From a virus (Duplodnaviria > Heunggongvirae > Uroviricota > Caudoviricetes), in IMG/VR virus record IMGVR_UViG_2541047826_000010: 34,194 nt of DNA; one strand, written 5' to 3'. The notes beneath the pieces were generated by a model that saw nothing but the letters and a program-made list of their open reading frames with translations, had not been told where the DNA came from and did not search any database. Positions within the stretch are counted from its first letter, which is position 1, and each line of letters opens with the position of its first letter. The translations under genes and the position numbers were made by a program. Shown in pieces: positions 25,865 through 34,194 of this stretch.

Positions 25865-25946
25865 TGCCCTCGATACTGACGATCTGGAGATGTGGCTGGA
25901 GCAGGCTGAAGAGCAAATAAAAAGCGAGTACGGCGACAAATCATAG
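25529..25946 (+). CDS. candidate frameshift-extended chaperone (gpE+E'-like), shift +1 or -2 at the G5 run 25853-25857
   Basis: An overlapping ORF in the +1 frame continues past the gpE stop with a protein-like acidic tail (EIDALDTDDLEMWLEQAEEQIKSEYGDKS) and has no plausible start of its own; G-run three codons before the stop. Confidence 0.4.
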
Positions 25947-25951
25947 TACAG

Positions 25952-25972
25952 ACAGCCGCCAGTAGCGGCTGT
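25952..25972 (+). terminator. stable hairpin immediately after the frameshift-ORF stop (attenuator or terminator candidate)
   Basis: ACAGCCGC-CAGTA-GCGGCTGT, perfect 8-bp stem; only a weak T-tract follows. Confidence 0.3.
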
Positions 25973-26021
25973 TCTGCGTTATCCCCTCACGTCTTTTCAC
26001 CTTCCCCGGAGGTTAACCACT

Positions 26022-28973
26022 ATGTCGGGACAGTTTTCAGTCGGCGTTGTTATCGGCGGGATGATTGGTAGCACATTCCGTTCTGCAATGAGCGGTACCC
26101 GCCGTGCGCTTGATTCCCTGAGCGATACCTCACGCCGCCTGCAGGAACGTCAGAACGCTTTAACCCGTGCAACAGAACGTTATGGTCAACTGGGTTCTTC
26201 CCGGATGCAGCATCTCAACAGCGAGCTGCTGCGGGTAAGCCGCACCATGGAGCAAATTGAGCGCCAGCAGCGCCGTCTGTCAGCGGCATCCGCTACCAGT
26301 GATGCGCTGAAAGCTAACCGCATGGCGCTGTATGGTCAGGGGATTGAAGCGTATGGCATGGCACAGACTGTTTATCATACGGTTTCCCCTGCCGTTCAGC
26401 AGTCCATGTCTTTTCAGGACAAAATGATTGATATGTCGATCACCGCAAAATATGACAATAAAACGCGGGATGCACTTGCCGGACAGATAAAAGGCTGGGC
26501 GCTTAAATACAATCAGTATCAGGATGAGCTGCAGGAGGCGGTGGGTTCACTCATCAGCGACAATATTGATAATGTGTCAGATATCGGTTTTCTGATGCCG
26601 GATATTGCCCGCGCGGCAACGGCAACACGCACGTCTGCTCAGGACTGGGCAAAAGTGGCCGCAGTCTGGCAAAACTCCCTGAAAGGTGCGGCCAGAGATT
26701 TTGGTGCCGTTCAGAATATTATGGCTTATGCCGGTGACCAGGGGTCATTTGAAATCCCGGATCAGGTCAAGTGGATGCAGTCCCTGGCCCCAATGATGGC
26801 GGGTATTGCCAGTGGAAAAGAGGCTGTTGCTGAAATCGGGGCCAGTCTCCAGATAGCAAAAATCGGTGCAGGTTCCACCGACGAAGCAGCCAATAATTTT
26901 AAAAACTTTCTTACCAAAATTTTTGCCCGCGATACTCAGAAACAGTTTGCTGATCTGGGTATTGATTTGCAGGGATCTATTGCGAGTTATAAAGCTGCGG
27001 GGATCTCTCCGATTGAAGGGATGTTGAGTGTTATAGAACGTTACCTCAATGCCAAAAGCCCCGAAGCGCTGGCCGGCTTCAAATCAGCCATGAAAATAAA
27101 GAATGATACGGCAAGAGATGAGGCACTTCAGGCTCTGGCGAAAAACTTTGGTCTGGGCGATATGTTCGCGGATATGCAGGTCATGGCATTTATCCGCCCG
27201 ATGCTGGCCAACATGGACAGATATCGAGAGATCCGTGCCGGTGCTCTCAGGGCTGCGGATAACGATTTGCTTGCCAGTGCTTATGATCAGCGGCTGAAAT
27301 CTCCCCTTGAAGCCACTAAAGCACTTATGGTCAGCAGTCGTGATCTGGCAATTACGCTGGGCGATCAATTAGCTCCATCTTTTATTTCTCTGACTCAGGA
27401 ACTGCTTCCACTCATTCAGGGGGCAAAACACTGGGTAGCGACTCACCCGCAATTTGTCAGTGGGGCTTTTAAGCTCATCAGTGCGCTCCTTGCGATTAAG
27501 ATAGCGACTGTTGGTCTCAAACTGGGGCTGAATCTCCTTATTTCCCCCTTTGTAAGTGTCTGGAAAAATGCTGTTTTACTTCGGGCCAACTGGCTTCGTC
27601 TGTCGCTCGCACTGGGGCAAGGCGGTAAGCTCCGCTGGCTGGTGACCGGATTTAGCGCCGTCGCCAAAGGAGCCAGAACACTGAGTGGCGTGCTCTCCGG
27701 GGGGCTGGTTCGCGGAATTATGCTCGCCGGACGTGCTGTTCTCTGGATTGGACGTGCGCTGATGATGAATCCCATCGGTCTCGTTATCACCGCTGTCGCG
27801 GCAGCAGCTTACCTTATCTACCGCAACTGGGGGGCAGTCAGTGGCTGGTTTAAACAGCGCTGGGCAGACATTCAGGAAGCCTTTAACGGCGGCATTGTGG
27901 GAATTGGTAAGTTGCTGATTAACTGGTCGCCGGCAGGCCTGCTCTATAAAGCCTTTGCGGCTGCGCTGAAATATTTCGGCGTTGCTCTGCCGGCAAAGTT
28001 CACCGACTTCGGTGGCCATCTTATCGACGGTCTGATTAACGGTATCAAAAACAAATGGGGGTCGCTCAAATCCAGTGTAACCGGAATGGGTGACAGCATC
28101 AGTAGCTGGTTTAAACAGTGCTGGGCTGACATTCAGGAAGCCTTTAACGGCGGTATCGCGGGAACTGGTAAGCTGCTGATTAACTGGTCGCCGGCAGGTC
28201 TGCTCTATAAAGCCTTTGCAGCTGCGCTGAAATATCTTGGTGTTGATCTGCCGGCAAAGTTCACCGACTTCGGTGGCCATCTTGTCGACGGTCTGATTAA
28301 CGGTATCAAAAACAAATGGGAGTCGCTCAAATCCAGTGTAACCGGAATGGGTGACAGCATCAGTGGCTGGTTCAGCGAAAAGCTGGGCATTCATTCGCCG
28401 AGCCGCGTGTTTATGGGCTTTGGTGACAATATCGCGCAGGGGGCCGCCATTGGCCTGCAGCGGACCACTCCGCTTGCAGCTCTGGCCGGGCAGCGAATGG
28501 CCAGTGAACTGCTCCCCAAAATGCCCGTGAGCATTCAGGGGCCAGAAATACGGGATAACACTTCAGGTGTTCGCTTCAGTATGCCGTTGCCCGATATCAA
28601 TGGGTTTATGTCGTCTGCTAAAAATGCGATCGGAGCCGTAATCAATAGTTTGTCTTCCATGCCCGCTATTCCGCTCTCCACCCGGGCATCGATTTTACCA
28701 GGGCAACGTCTGGCAAATGAGATGACACCGGATGTTCCCCGTATCCCCTCGCCTGAAATCCTGGCTGCCGGATATTCAGGCCGTGGTGCAGCTGCAACCG
28801 GCGGTGGAACGTCTGGTGGTATCCAGGTCAGCTTTAATCCTCAGTTTTTCCTCAATGGCAGGGAAACCACAGCGCCTGCCGGACTGACTGGCGCCCTGAA
28901 TATGAGCCTGCATGAGCTGGAAAAAATGCTGGAGCGTCTGCTGGCTCAGAAACAACGTAAGGAGTACCGCTGA
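26022..28973 (+). CDS. tail tape measure protein
   Basis: 983 aa, helical N-terminal half, internal hydrophobic segments, position after the gpE-like chaperone; contains an 87-aa tandem duplication. Confidence 0.9.
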   Translation: MSGQFSVGVVIGGMIGSTFRSAMSGTRRALDSLSDTSRRLQERQNALTRATERYGQLGSSRMQHLNSELLRVSRTMEQIERQQRRLSAASATSDALKANRMALYGQGIEAYGMAQTVYHTVSPAVQQSMSFQDKMIDMSITAKYDNKTRDALAGQIKGWALKYNQYQDELQEAVGSLISDNIDNVSDIGFLMPDIARAATATRTSAQDWAKVAAVWQNSLKGAARDFGAVQNIMAYAGDQGSFEIPDQVKWMQSLAPMMAGIASGKEAVAEIGASLQIAKIGAGSTDEAANNFKNFLTKIFARDTQKQFADLGIDLQGSIASYKAAGISPIEGMLSVIERYLNAKSPEALAGFKSAMKIKNDTARDEALQALAKNFGLGDMFADMQVMAFIRPMLANMDRYREIRAGALRAADNDLLASAYDQRLKSPLEATKALMVSSRDLAITLGDQLAPSFISLTQELLPLIQGAKHWVATHPQFVSGAFKLISALLAIKIATVGLKLGLNLLISPFVSVWKNAVLLRANWLRLSLALGQGGKLRWLVTGFSAVAKGARTLSGVLSGGLVRGIMLAGRAVLWIGRALMMNPIGLVITAVAAAAYLIYRNWGAVSGWFKQRWADIQEAFNGGIVGIGKLLINWSPAGLLYKAFAAALKYFGVALPAKFTDFGGHLIDGLINGIKNKWGSLKSSVTGMGDSISSWFKQCWADIQEAFNGGIAGTGKLLINWSPAGLLYKAFAAALKYLGVDLPAKFTDFGGHLVDGLINGIKNKWESLKSSVTGMGDSISGWFSEKLGIHSPSRVFMGFGDNIAQGAAIGLQRTTPLAALAGQRMASELLPKMPVSIQGPEIRDNTSGVRFSMPLPDINGFMSSAKNAIGAVINSLSSMPAIPLSTRASILPGQRLANEMTPDVPRIPSPEILAAGYSGRGAAATGGGTSGGIQVSFNPQFFLNGRETTAPAGLTGALNMSLHELEKMLERLLAQKQRKEYR
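27844..28365. repeat. 261-bp tandem direct duplication (2 copies) inside the tape measure gene
   Basis: GCTGGTTTAAACAG... recurs at 27844 and 28105 (period 261 bp = 87 codons); the two protein copies differ at only a few residues. Confidence 0.85.
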
Positions 28974-29857
28974 TGTTTGCCGTACTGGGTGATATTGAGT
29001 TTGAGCTGATTACCTACTGGGACGGCTTCGAGGCCACGTTCGGCGTCGATTATGCGGAGCATGCCCGCATCGGGGGTAAGCCTGGCCTGCAGTTCGTCGG
29101 CGACAGGCTGGACGAAATCCAGATAACTCTGGTTTTCCATCAGCATTATTGTGTACCCGATGTGGAGCTGGCGAGACTGCGAACAGCCATGAAAGCCCAT
29201 CAGGCACTGGCGCTGGTCTTCGGCAACGGTGACTATCGTGGCTGGTTCGTGATTACCGATGTGACCGCAACCAGCGAGCAGACAGACAGCACCGGTAACG
29301 TGCTGGCTGTCAGTGCCACCGTGTCTCTCCGGGAATACACCGGTGATCCGAAAAATCCTCTGCAACCACCGGCAATACGCACGAAGCTCCCGGGTGTCGG
29401 GGCGGTCTCCGGTGCCATTCCTTCACCTTCAGGGGTGGCGCAGTTCATCCGCAACGGCGTCAACTATGCGAAACAGGCGCAGTCTGTACTCCAGACCACT
29501 ATCAGCGCCGTTCGGGTGACACAGAAAATGAAGGATAACCCCGTTGTCGCACTGACCCGTGTGCCGGGGCTGATGAGCGGACTGGGTAATATCTCCGGGG
29601 CTCTGGGGAAAAGTGTTCCGGCGTTTAACGCACTCTCTGAATCCATGCCCGATGCCATCAGTCTGGCCAGAACAGCCAGCGAAGCAGCCACGTATGTACA
29701 GCAGGCACAGTCTGCGCTGAGTGGTGTGGACAAAAGAAATATTGCAGGTGCTCTGGATACCGTTTCCGGGCAGCTTAACGCCGCCGGCACAGCATTCAAC
29801 CGCATGTCTCCGGGATTAAGTGCAATGGCCGCCAGAATACTGACGAGGAGTGTGTGA
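28973..29857 (+). CDS. tail protein with P2 gpU-like N-terminal domain
   Basis: 294 aa; N-terminal LGDIEFEL...HARIGGKPGLQFVGDRLDEIQITLVF resembles the gpU / tube-terminator family pattern; follows the tape measure. Confidence 0.55.
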   Translation: MFAVLGDIEFELITYWDGFEATFGVDYAEHARIGGKPGLQFVGDRLDEIQITLVFHQHYCVPDVELARLRTAMKAHQALALVFGNGDYRGWFVITDVTATSEQTDSTGNVLAVSATVSLREYTGDPKNPLQPPAIRTKLPGVGAVSGAIPSPSGVAQFIRNGVNYAKQAQSVLQTTISAVRVTQKMKDNPVVALTRVPGLMSGLGNISGALGKSVPAFNALSESMPDAISLARTASEAATYVQQAQSALSGVDKRNIAGALDTVSGQLNAAGTAFNRMSPGLSAMAARILTRSV

Positions 29858-30069
29858 TGTTTCTTGAACATGTTACCCGTGACGGAGAGCGCTGGGATTC
29901 GCTGGCATGGCAGTACTACGGTGACCCGCTGGGCTATCCCCGGATTATTGCCGCCAATCCGCACGTGGCCATCACGCCGGTGCTGCCCTCCGGGCTGTTG
30001 TTACTGATCCCGGTGATTGAGACTGAAGAAGCCCGTACAGAAGAGGATATTGCCCCATGGCTGAGATAA
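29854..30069 (+). CDS. tail protein X (P2 gpX-like)
   Basis: 71 aa; HVTRDGERWDSLAWQYYGDP...IIAANP matches the small gpX family. Confidence 0.65.
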   Translation: MMFLEHVTRDGERWDSLAWQYYGDPLGYPRIIAANPHVAITPVLPSGLLLLIPVIETEEARTEEDIAPWLR

Positions 30070-31211
30070 ACAGCACTGCGCAAGTCACATCAGCGTTAAC
30101 CGGCGTCAGCGATGTGCTGACACCGGTGTTCACTCTGTGGTATCTGCAGAAAAACATCACCTCTGATATCGCGCCTTATGTCACCCGTGTGACCTGGAGC
30201 GATAACATCAAAAATGAGTCCGATACCATTGAGGTGGAGCTGGACGACACCGATGGCCGCTGGCTGGATAAGTGGTATCCGGGCAAGGGTGACACGCTGA
30301 CGCTGAAAATGGGCTATCAGGGCGAGAAGCTGCTGTCCTGCGGTACGTTCTCTATAGACGAGATCGAAGTGAGTTCGCCCGCTTCCGTTGTTTCTATCCG
30401 TGGGGTGGCCACCTCGGTTAACAGTGCTCTGCGGACTAAATCCAGCCGTGGTTTTGAGAACACCACGCTGGCAGCTGTTGCGGGGCGGATTGCCAGAAAG
30501 CACCGGCTGAAACTGGTGGGCAGCATTGAGTCCATCAGAATCGACCGGGTGACCCAGTATGCTGAAACCGACGTGGGTTTTCTGCGCCGGCTGGCCAGCG
30601 AGTATGGTTATGCAGTGAAAGTGGTCAGTGACCAGCTGATTTTTTCTCATCTGGCCACACTGCGCAGTCAGGAGACGGTCAGGCAGTTAAAACCGCAGGA
30701 TGTGGCCCGCTTTTCCCTGCGTGACACCATCAACCGGGTCTATAAATCTGCAAAGGTAAAACACCAGAAAAGCAGCAGTAAAAAACTGATCGTCCACGAA
30801 GCTGATGGTGGTACCCGTGAAAGCGACAAAAAGCTCAAAGGTGGTAAGGTTACCAGCGCTGACTCACTTAAAGTTAACAGCCGCGTCAGCGACCCGGACA
30901 GTGCCCGGATTAAAGCGGATTCAGCACTGGCCAGACATAACGAATACCAGCAGAACGGCTCCCTGACGCTGACGGGAACACCTCAACTGACAGCAGGCAA
31001 CAAAATTGAACTGGTGGGTTTTGGGCAGTTATCCGGGCCATGGCTCATAACCACTGCCCGCCATGCGTTTGACCGTAACAGCGGCTACACCACAGAGCTG
31101 GAAGTGGCACGGGGGCCAGTCACAAGAGGGAAAAAACAAAAAACTCAGAAACTCACGGTTTATCACCCGGATGGCAGTACATCGACGGTGATTAAGGAGA
31201 AGAAAAAATGA
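30057..31211 (+). CDS. late control gene D-like tail/baseplate hub protein
   Basis: 384 aa; size, position and conserved patches consistent with P2 gpD / Mu P. Confidence 0.75.
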   Translation: MAEINSTAQVTSALTGVSDVLTPVFTLWYLQKNITSDIAPYVTRVTWSDNIKNESDTIEVELDDTDGRWLDKWYPGKGDTLTLKMGYQGEKLLSCGTFSIDEIEVSSPASVVSIRGVATSVNSALRTKSSRGFENTTLAAVAGRIARKHRLKLVGSIESIRIDRVTQYAETDVGFLRRLASEYGYAVKVVSDQLIFSHLATLRSQETVRQLKPQDVARFSLRDTINRVYKSAKVKHQKSSSKKLIVHEADGGTRESDKKLKGGKVTSADSLKVNSRVSDPDSARIKADSALARHNEYQQNGSLTLTGTPQLTAGNKIELVGFGQLSGPWLITTARHAFDRNSGYTTELEVARGPVTRGKKQKTQKLTVYHPDGSTSTVIKEKKK

Positions 31212-31804
31212 CTGGTGTCACTCGTCAGGTCGGTACGGTCAGTGCCGTTGATGCCGACAGGGTTCAGGCCCGCGTTCGTCTGCCTGAATGCGATAACCTG
31301 CGCACAAACTGGCTTAACGTGCTGCAGCGTAATACCCAGGATAACAAAGATTACTGGCTCCCTGACGTGGGGGAGCAGGTTGAGGTGCTGCTCGATGCCA
31401 ACGGCGAGGATGGTGTTATTCTGGGCGCGGTGTATTCAGACGTCGATAAACCACCGTTCAGTGACAAAAATATCCGGGGAACCCGGTTTGCTGATGGTGC
31501 AGAGTACAGCTACAACCGGAAGACGCACACTCTGACCATCCGGGGCGGCATTGAGCATATTGTCATTGAGTGTGGTGCTGATGTGGTATTGAAAACACAG
31601 AAAGCCACGATTGACGCACCGGAAACCGAACTTACCGGAGATCTGCGTGTCAGGGGAAAGCTGATTTACGAAGGAGGCATGGCGGGTTCTGGTGGTAAAG
31701 GTGTTACCGCGACCATCCATGGCAATATCGAGATTAAAGGGAATGCCCATGCCACGGGCAGTATGCTGTCTGATGGCGAAAACTCCAGCCACCACTCCCA
31801 CTGA
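31208..31804 (+). CDS. baseplate spike protein (P2 gpV-like)
   Basis: 198 aa; N-terminal OB-fold-like region and C-terminal G-rich tip; precedes gpW, gpJ and gpI in P2 order. Confidence 0.8.
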   Translation: MTGVTRQVGTVSAVDADRVQARVRLPECDNLRTNWLNVLQRNTQDNKDYWLPDVGEQVEVLLDANGEDGVILGAVYSDVDKPPFSDKNIRGTRFADGAEYSYNRKTHTLTIRGGIEHIVIECGADVVLKTQKATIDAPETELTGDLRVRGKLIYEGGMAGSGGKGVTATIHGNIEIKGNAHATGSMLSDGENSSHHSH

Positions 31805-31807
31805 GCT

Positions 31808-31856
31808 TCTTAAACGCCTTTAATATCAGCGTTCCCGCACGGGGGCAATACTGCCC
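31808..31856 (+). promoter_or_regulatory. candidate late promoter, baseplate side (conserved bipartite motif, copy D)
   Basis: TCTTAA-N3-CCTTTAATATC-N20-ATACTGCCC; the downstream box lies inside the hairpin GGGGGCA-ATAC-TGCCCCC that abuts the W start codon. Confidence 0.4.
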
Positions 31857-31858
31857 CC

Positions 31859-32206
31859 ATGAAAACGACCTCAGTATTCTGGCAACCAGCCCTGCAGGCT
31901 CCCGGCGAAATTGTCCGGGGGCTGGATGATATCCGGCAGGCGATTCAAATTATCCTGCGGACTCCCCGCGGCAGCGACCCGCATCGCCCGGAGTTCGGCA
32001 GCAATCTGCATCTTTATATCGACTGGCCTGTAGACCGGGCCATTCCGCATGTGGTGCGCGAATCCGTCGATGCCATCCGGCGCTGGGAGCCCCGCTGCCA
32101 GCTTATGTCAGTTAAACCCGCCGTCGACGGCGAACATCTTACGCTCCGGGTGAGCTGGAAAGGCTCAGACGGACAGACCCGGACTCAGGAGCTGCTATGG
32201 CGCTGA
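31859..32206 (+). CDS. baseplate assembly protein W (gpW / gp25 lysozyme-like fold)
   Basis: 115 aa; LDDIRQAIQIILRTPRGS motif of the GPW/gp25 family; no SD upstream. Confidence 0.8.
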   Translation: MKTTSVFWQPALQAPGEIVRGLDDIRQAIQIILRTPRGSDPHRPEFGSNLHLYIDWPVDRAIPHVVRESVDAIRRWEPRCQLMSVKPAVDGEHLTLRVSWKGSDGQTRTQELLWR

Positions 32207-33300
32207 CAGAACCCGATTTTATTGAACGCGATGCCGACAAAATCACGGCAGAAATGATTGCGAAGTATGAAGCGGATACCGGCAAAACGCTGTACCCGGC
32301 ACAGGCAGAACGTCTGCTGATTGATCTGTGGGCCTATCGCGAAATGCTGGTCAGGGTTGCGGTACAGGAGGCAGCAAAGCAGAATCTGGTCGCCTTTGCC
32401 CGTGAGCCGATGATTGATTACCTCGGTGAACTGGTTGGTGTATACCGTCTTGCCGCGCAGCCTGCCACCACCACGCTCCAGTTCTCCGTAGATGAGGCAC
32501 TGGCCATTGATGTGCTGATCCCGGCAGGCACCCGCGTCAGCGCTTCCGACAGCGTTATTTTTGCCACCGATACAAATGTGGTACTGAAGGCCGGATTGCT
32601 GCTGGTCAATGTCACGTCCACCTGTACCGAACCCGGTACCGCTGGTAACGGCTGGCAACCTGCGCAGGTCAGTCAGTTACTCGATGAGATTGATAACGTC
32701 GACCTGCTGGTGAGCAATCTGACGGCCAGTTCCGGCGGTTCAGAACAGGAAGACGATGACAGGCTCCGGGAGCGTATCAGGCTGGCCCCGGAGTCATTCA
32801 CCAATGCCGGAAGCCGTGGCGCATACCGCTTTCATGCCATGCAGGCCCATCCCAACATTGTCGATGTTGCTGTGCTTTCCCCGGTTCCCGGGACCGTAGA
32901 TCTGTATCCGCTGCTCAGTACCGGTCTGCCGGACGGCGGTGTTCTCACGCTGGTAGAGAGTTTCTGCTCTGATGAGAAAGTCAGGCCACTCACTGATACA
33001 GTGCGGGCTAAAACACCAGTGAAGGTGGATTACACCATTGAAGCCAGGATTACGATCTATCGTGATCAGGATGCCAGGTCTGTAAAAGATGCCGCTAACA
33101 GCGCCATACAGAACTGGGTGGCATCACGTGCCGCCACGCTGGGGCGTGATATTGTCCCCAGCCAGATTATCAGTGCATTGTCCGTTTCCGGGGTGTACCA
33201 GGTTGAACTGGTGACACCGGCACTGAGGGTGGTGGCAGAAAACGAATGGGCAAACTGTACGGCAATCACTCTTAACATGACTGGAGTGTCTGATGACTGA
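32197..33300 (+). CDS. baseplate assembly protein J (gpJ-like wedge)
   Basis: 367 aa; follows gpW with overlap as in P2. Confidence 0.8.
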   Translation: MALTEPDFIERDADKITAEMIAKYEADTGKTLYPAQAERLLIDLWAYREMLVRVAVQEAAKQNLVAFAREPMIDYLGELVGVYRLAAQPATTTLQFSVDEALAIDVLIPAGTRVSASDSVIFATDTNVVLKAGLLLVNVTSTCTEPGTAGNGWQPAQVSQLLDEIDNVDLLVSNLTASSGGSEQEDDDRLRERIRLAPESFTNAGSRGAYRFHAMQAHPNIVDVAVLSPVPGTVDLYPLLSTGLPDGGVLTLVESFCSDEKVRPLTDTVRAKTPVKVDYTIEARITIYRDQDARSVKDAANSAIQNWVASRAATLGRDIVPSQIISALSVSGVYQVELVTPALRVVAENEWANCTAITLNMTGVSDD

Positions 33301-33871
33301 GCCATTACAACTCCCGCCACCGCTTGAGGGTGATATCAGTCTCAGGACGCTGGGAAGACTGGCAGGACGGCTGGATAACATCGACCTGAGCGTACTGATG
33401 GTCTTTCTCGTCGATATCGTCGACAGTTCTGCGCTGCCATGGCTGGGCGAGCAGTTCTCACTGTCTGGCGATGGCTGGGAGCTGGCGGAATCGGACGATG
33501 TTCGCCGCATGCTTATAAAAGCAGCCATCGAACTGCACCGGTATAAAGGGACGCCGTGGTCAATCCGGGAAGTTATCCGCCGTTTTGGCTTTGGTGAAGT
33601 GGATCTGATTGAAGGCACAGGTCGTCTCAGTTACGACGGCAATCGCAGCTATAACGGACTGTTTGTTCATGGAGATGCAGCCGCCTGGGCAGTTTATCGC
33701 GTTATTCTGAAACAGCCCATTACTAACGATCAGGCCGCGATGCTGCGTCAGACGCTGGCTGCATTTGCACCGGCCCGCTGCCATCTGGCCAGCCTGGAGT
33801 ATCAGTCTGTGGCCATTCGCTATAACAATACCGCCATCCATGATGGCAGTTATAACCACGGGAGCAGTTGA
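33293..33871 (+). CDS. tail protein I (P2 gpI-like)
   Basis: 192 aa; position between gpJ and the tail fibre gene. Confidence 0.7.
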   Translation: MTEPLQLPPPLEGDISLRTLGRLAGRLDNIDLSVLMVFLVDIVDSSALPWLGEQFSLSGDGWELAESDDVRRMLIKAAIELHRYKGTPWSIREVIRRFGFGEVDLIEGTGRLSYDGNRSYNGLFVHGDAAAWAVYRVILKQPITNDQAAMLRQTLAAFAPARCHLASLEYQSVAIRYNNTAIHDGSYNHGSS

Positions 33872-33873
33872 TT

Positions 33874-34194
33874 ATGGGAAACCTGAATGAAACAGAAAAG
33901 TGGGAAGAAAATATCTATCAACTGGAGACATCAGATCCGGTTCTGGGTGGTGCAGACGGGATATCAAATCGAGCCCCCCGGCAACTGGCAAACAGGACGA
34001 AATGGCTGAAGAAGAAAACGGAGGAAGCCGCACAGTCACTGGCTGAACACGTACGTTCCCGTAACCACCCGGACGCGACACTGACAGCTAAGGGGTTCAC
34101 CCAACTGAGCAGTGCCACCAACAGCACCTCTGAAACGCTGGCCGCCACACCAAAAGCGGTCAAGGCTGCATACGACCTGGCAGCCGGCAAGGCG
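33874..34194 (+). CDS. tail fibre protein, N-terminal part (runs off the window end)
   Basis: MGNLNETEKW... then ATLTAKGFTQLSSATNSTSETLAATPKAVKAAYDLA, the conserved N-terminal tail-fibre motif; SD GGAG; not in the ORF track because no stop lies inside the window. Confidence 0.75.
   Translation, partial: MGNLNETEKWEENIYQLETSDPVLGGADGISNRAPRQLANRTKWLKKKTEEAAQSLAEHVRSRNHPDATLTAKGFTQLSSATNSTSETLAATPKAVKAAYDLAAGKA

Noticed and set aside
27944-28390. Two near-identical minus-strand ORFs (27944-28132 and 28205-28390)
   Set aside because: Mirror images of the 261-bp tandem duplication within the tape measure gene, not a gene pair.

Overview
The window holds the 3' end of a host locus (otsB, 1-801, minus strand, with its promoter region) followed from roughly nt 900 to the window end by one transposable prophage of mosaic Mu-like type: a DDE transposase plus AAA+ transposition ATPase, gam, gemA and mor, and no integrase. 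The early operon runs on the minus strand from 9331 down to 1065 (ner-like, wHTH, 304-aa protein, transposase, ATPase, small ORFs, gam, more small ORFs, gemA, mor) and ends about 260 bp from otsB. A divergent XRE-type repressor (9418-9843, plus strand) is translationally coupled to a 328-aa bitopic membrane protein, followed by a glycine-zipper membrane protein and a convergent P-loop NTPase. This A+T-richer cargo island on the lysogeny side is where I would look first for a new exclusion, defence or signalling function. From 12143 onward the plus strand carries a lysis cassette (holin-like, SLT-type endolysin, nested i-/o-spanin), a Mu-like head module (small and large terminase, portal, F, G, I protease/scaffold, major head protein), connector proteins, a contractile tail (sheath, tube, gpE-like chaperone with a candidate frameshift, 983-aa tape measure with a 261-bp tandem duplication), a P2-like baseplate (gpU-like, X, D, V, W, J, I) and the 5' part of a tail-fibre gene. 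A bipartite motif with exact spacing recurs upstream of three late operons, with a weaker relative upstream of the head gene I. No tRNA, rRNA, CRISPR array or integrase was seen. All protein-family calls come from reading the translated ORFs and recalled family signatures; no database search was run.
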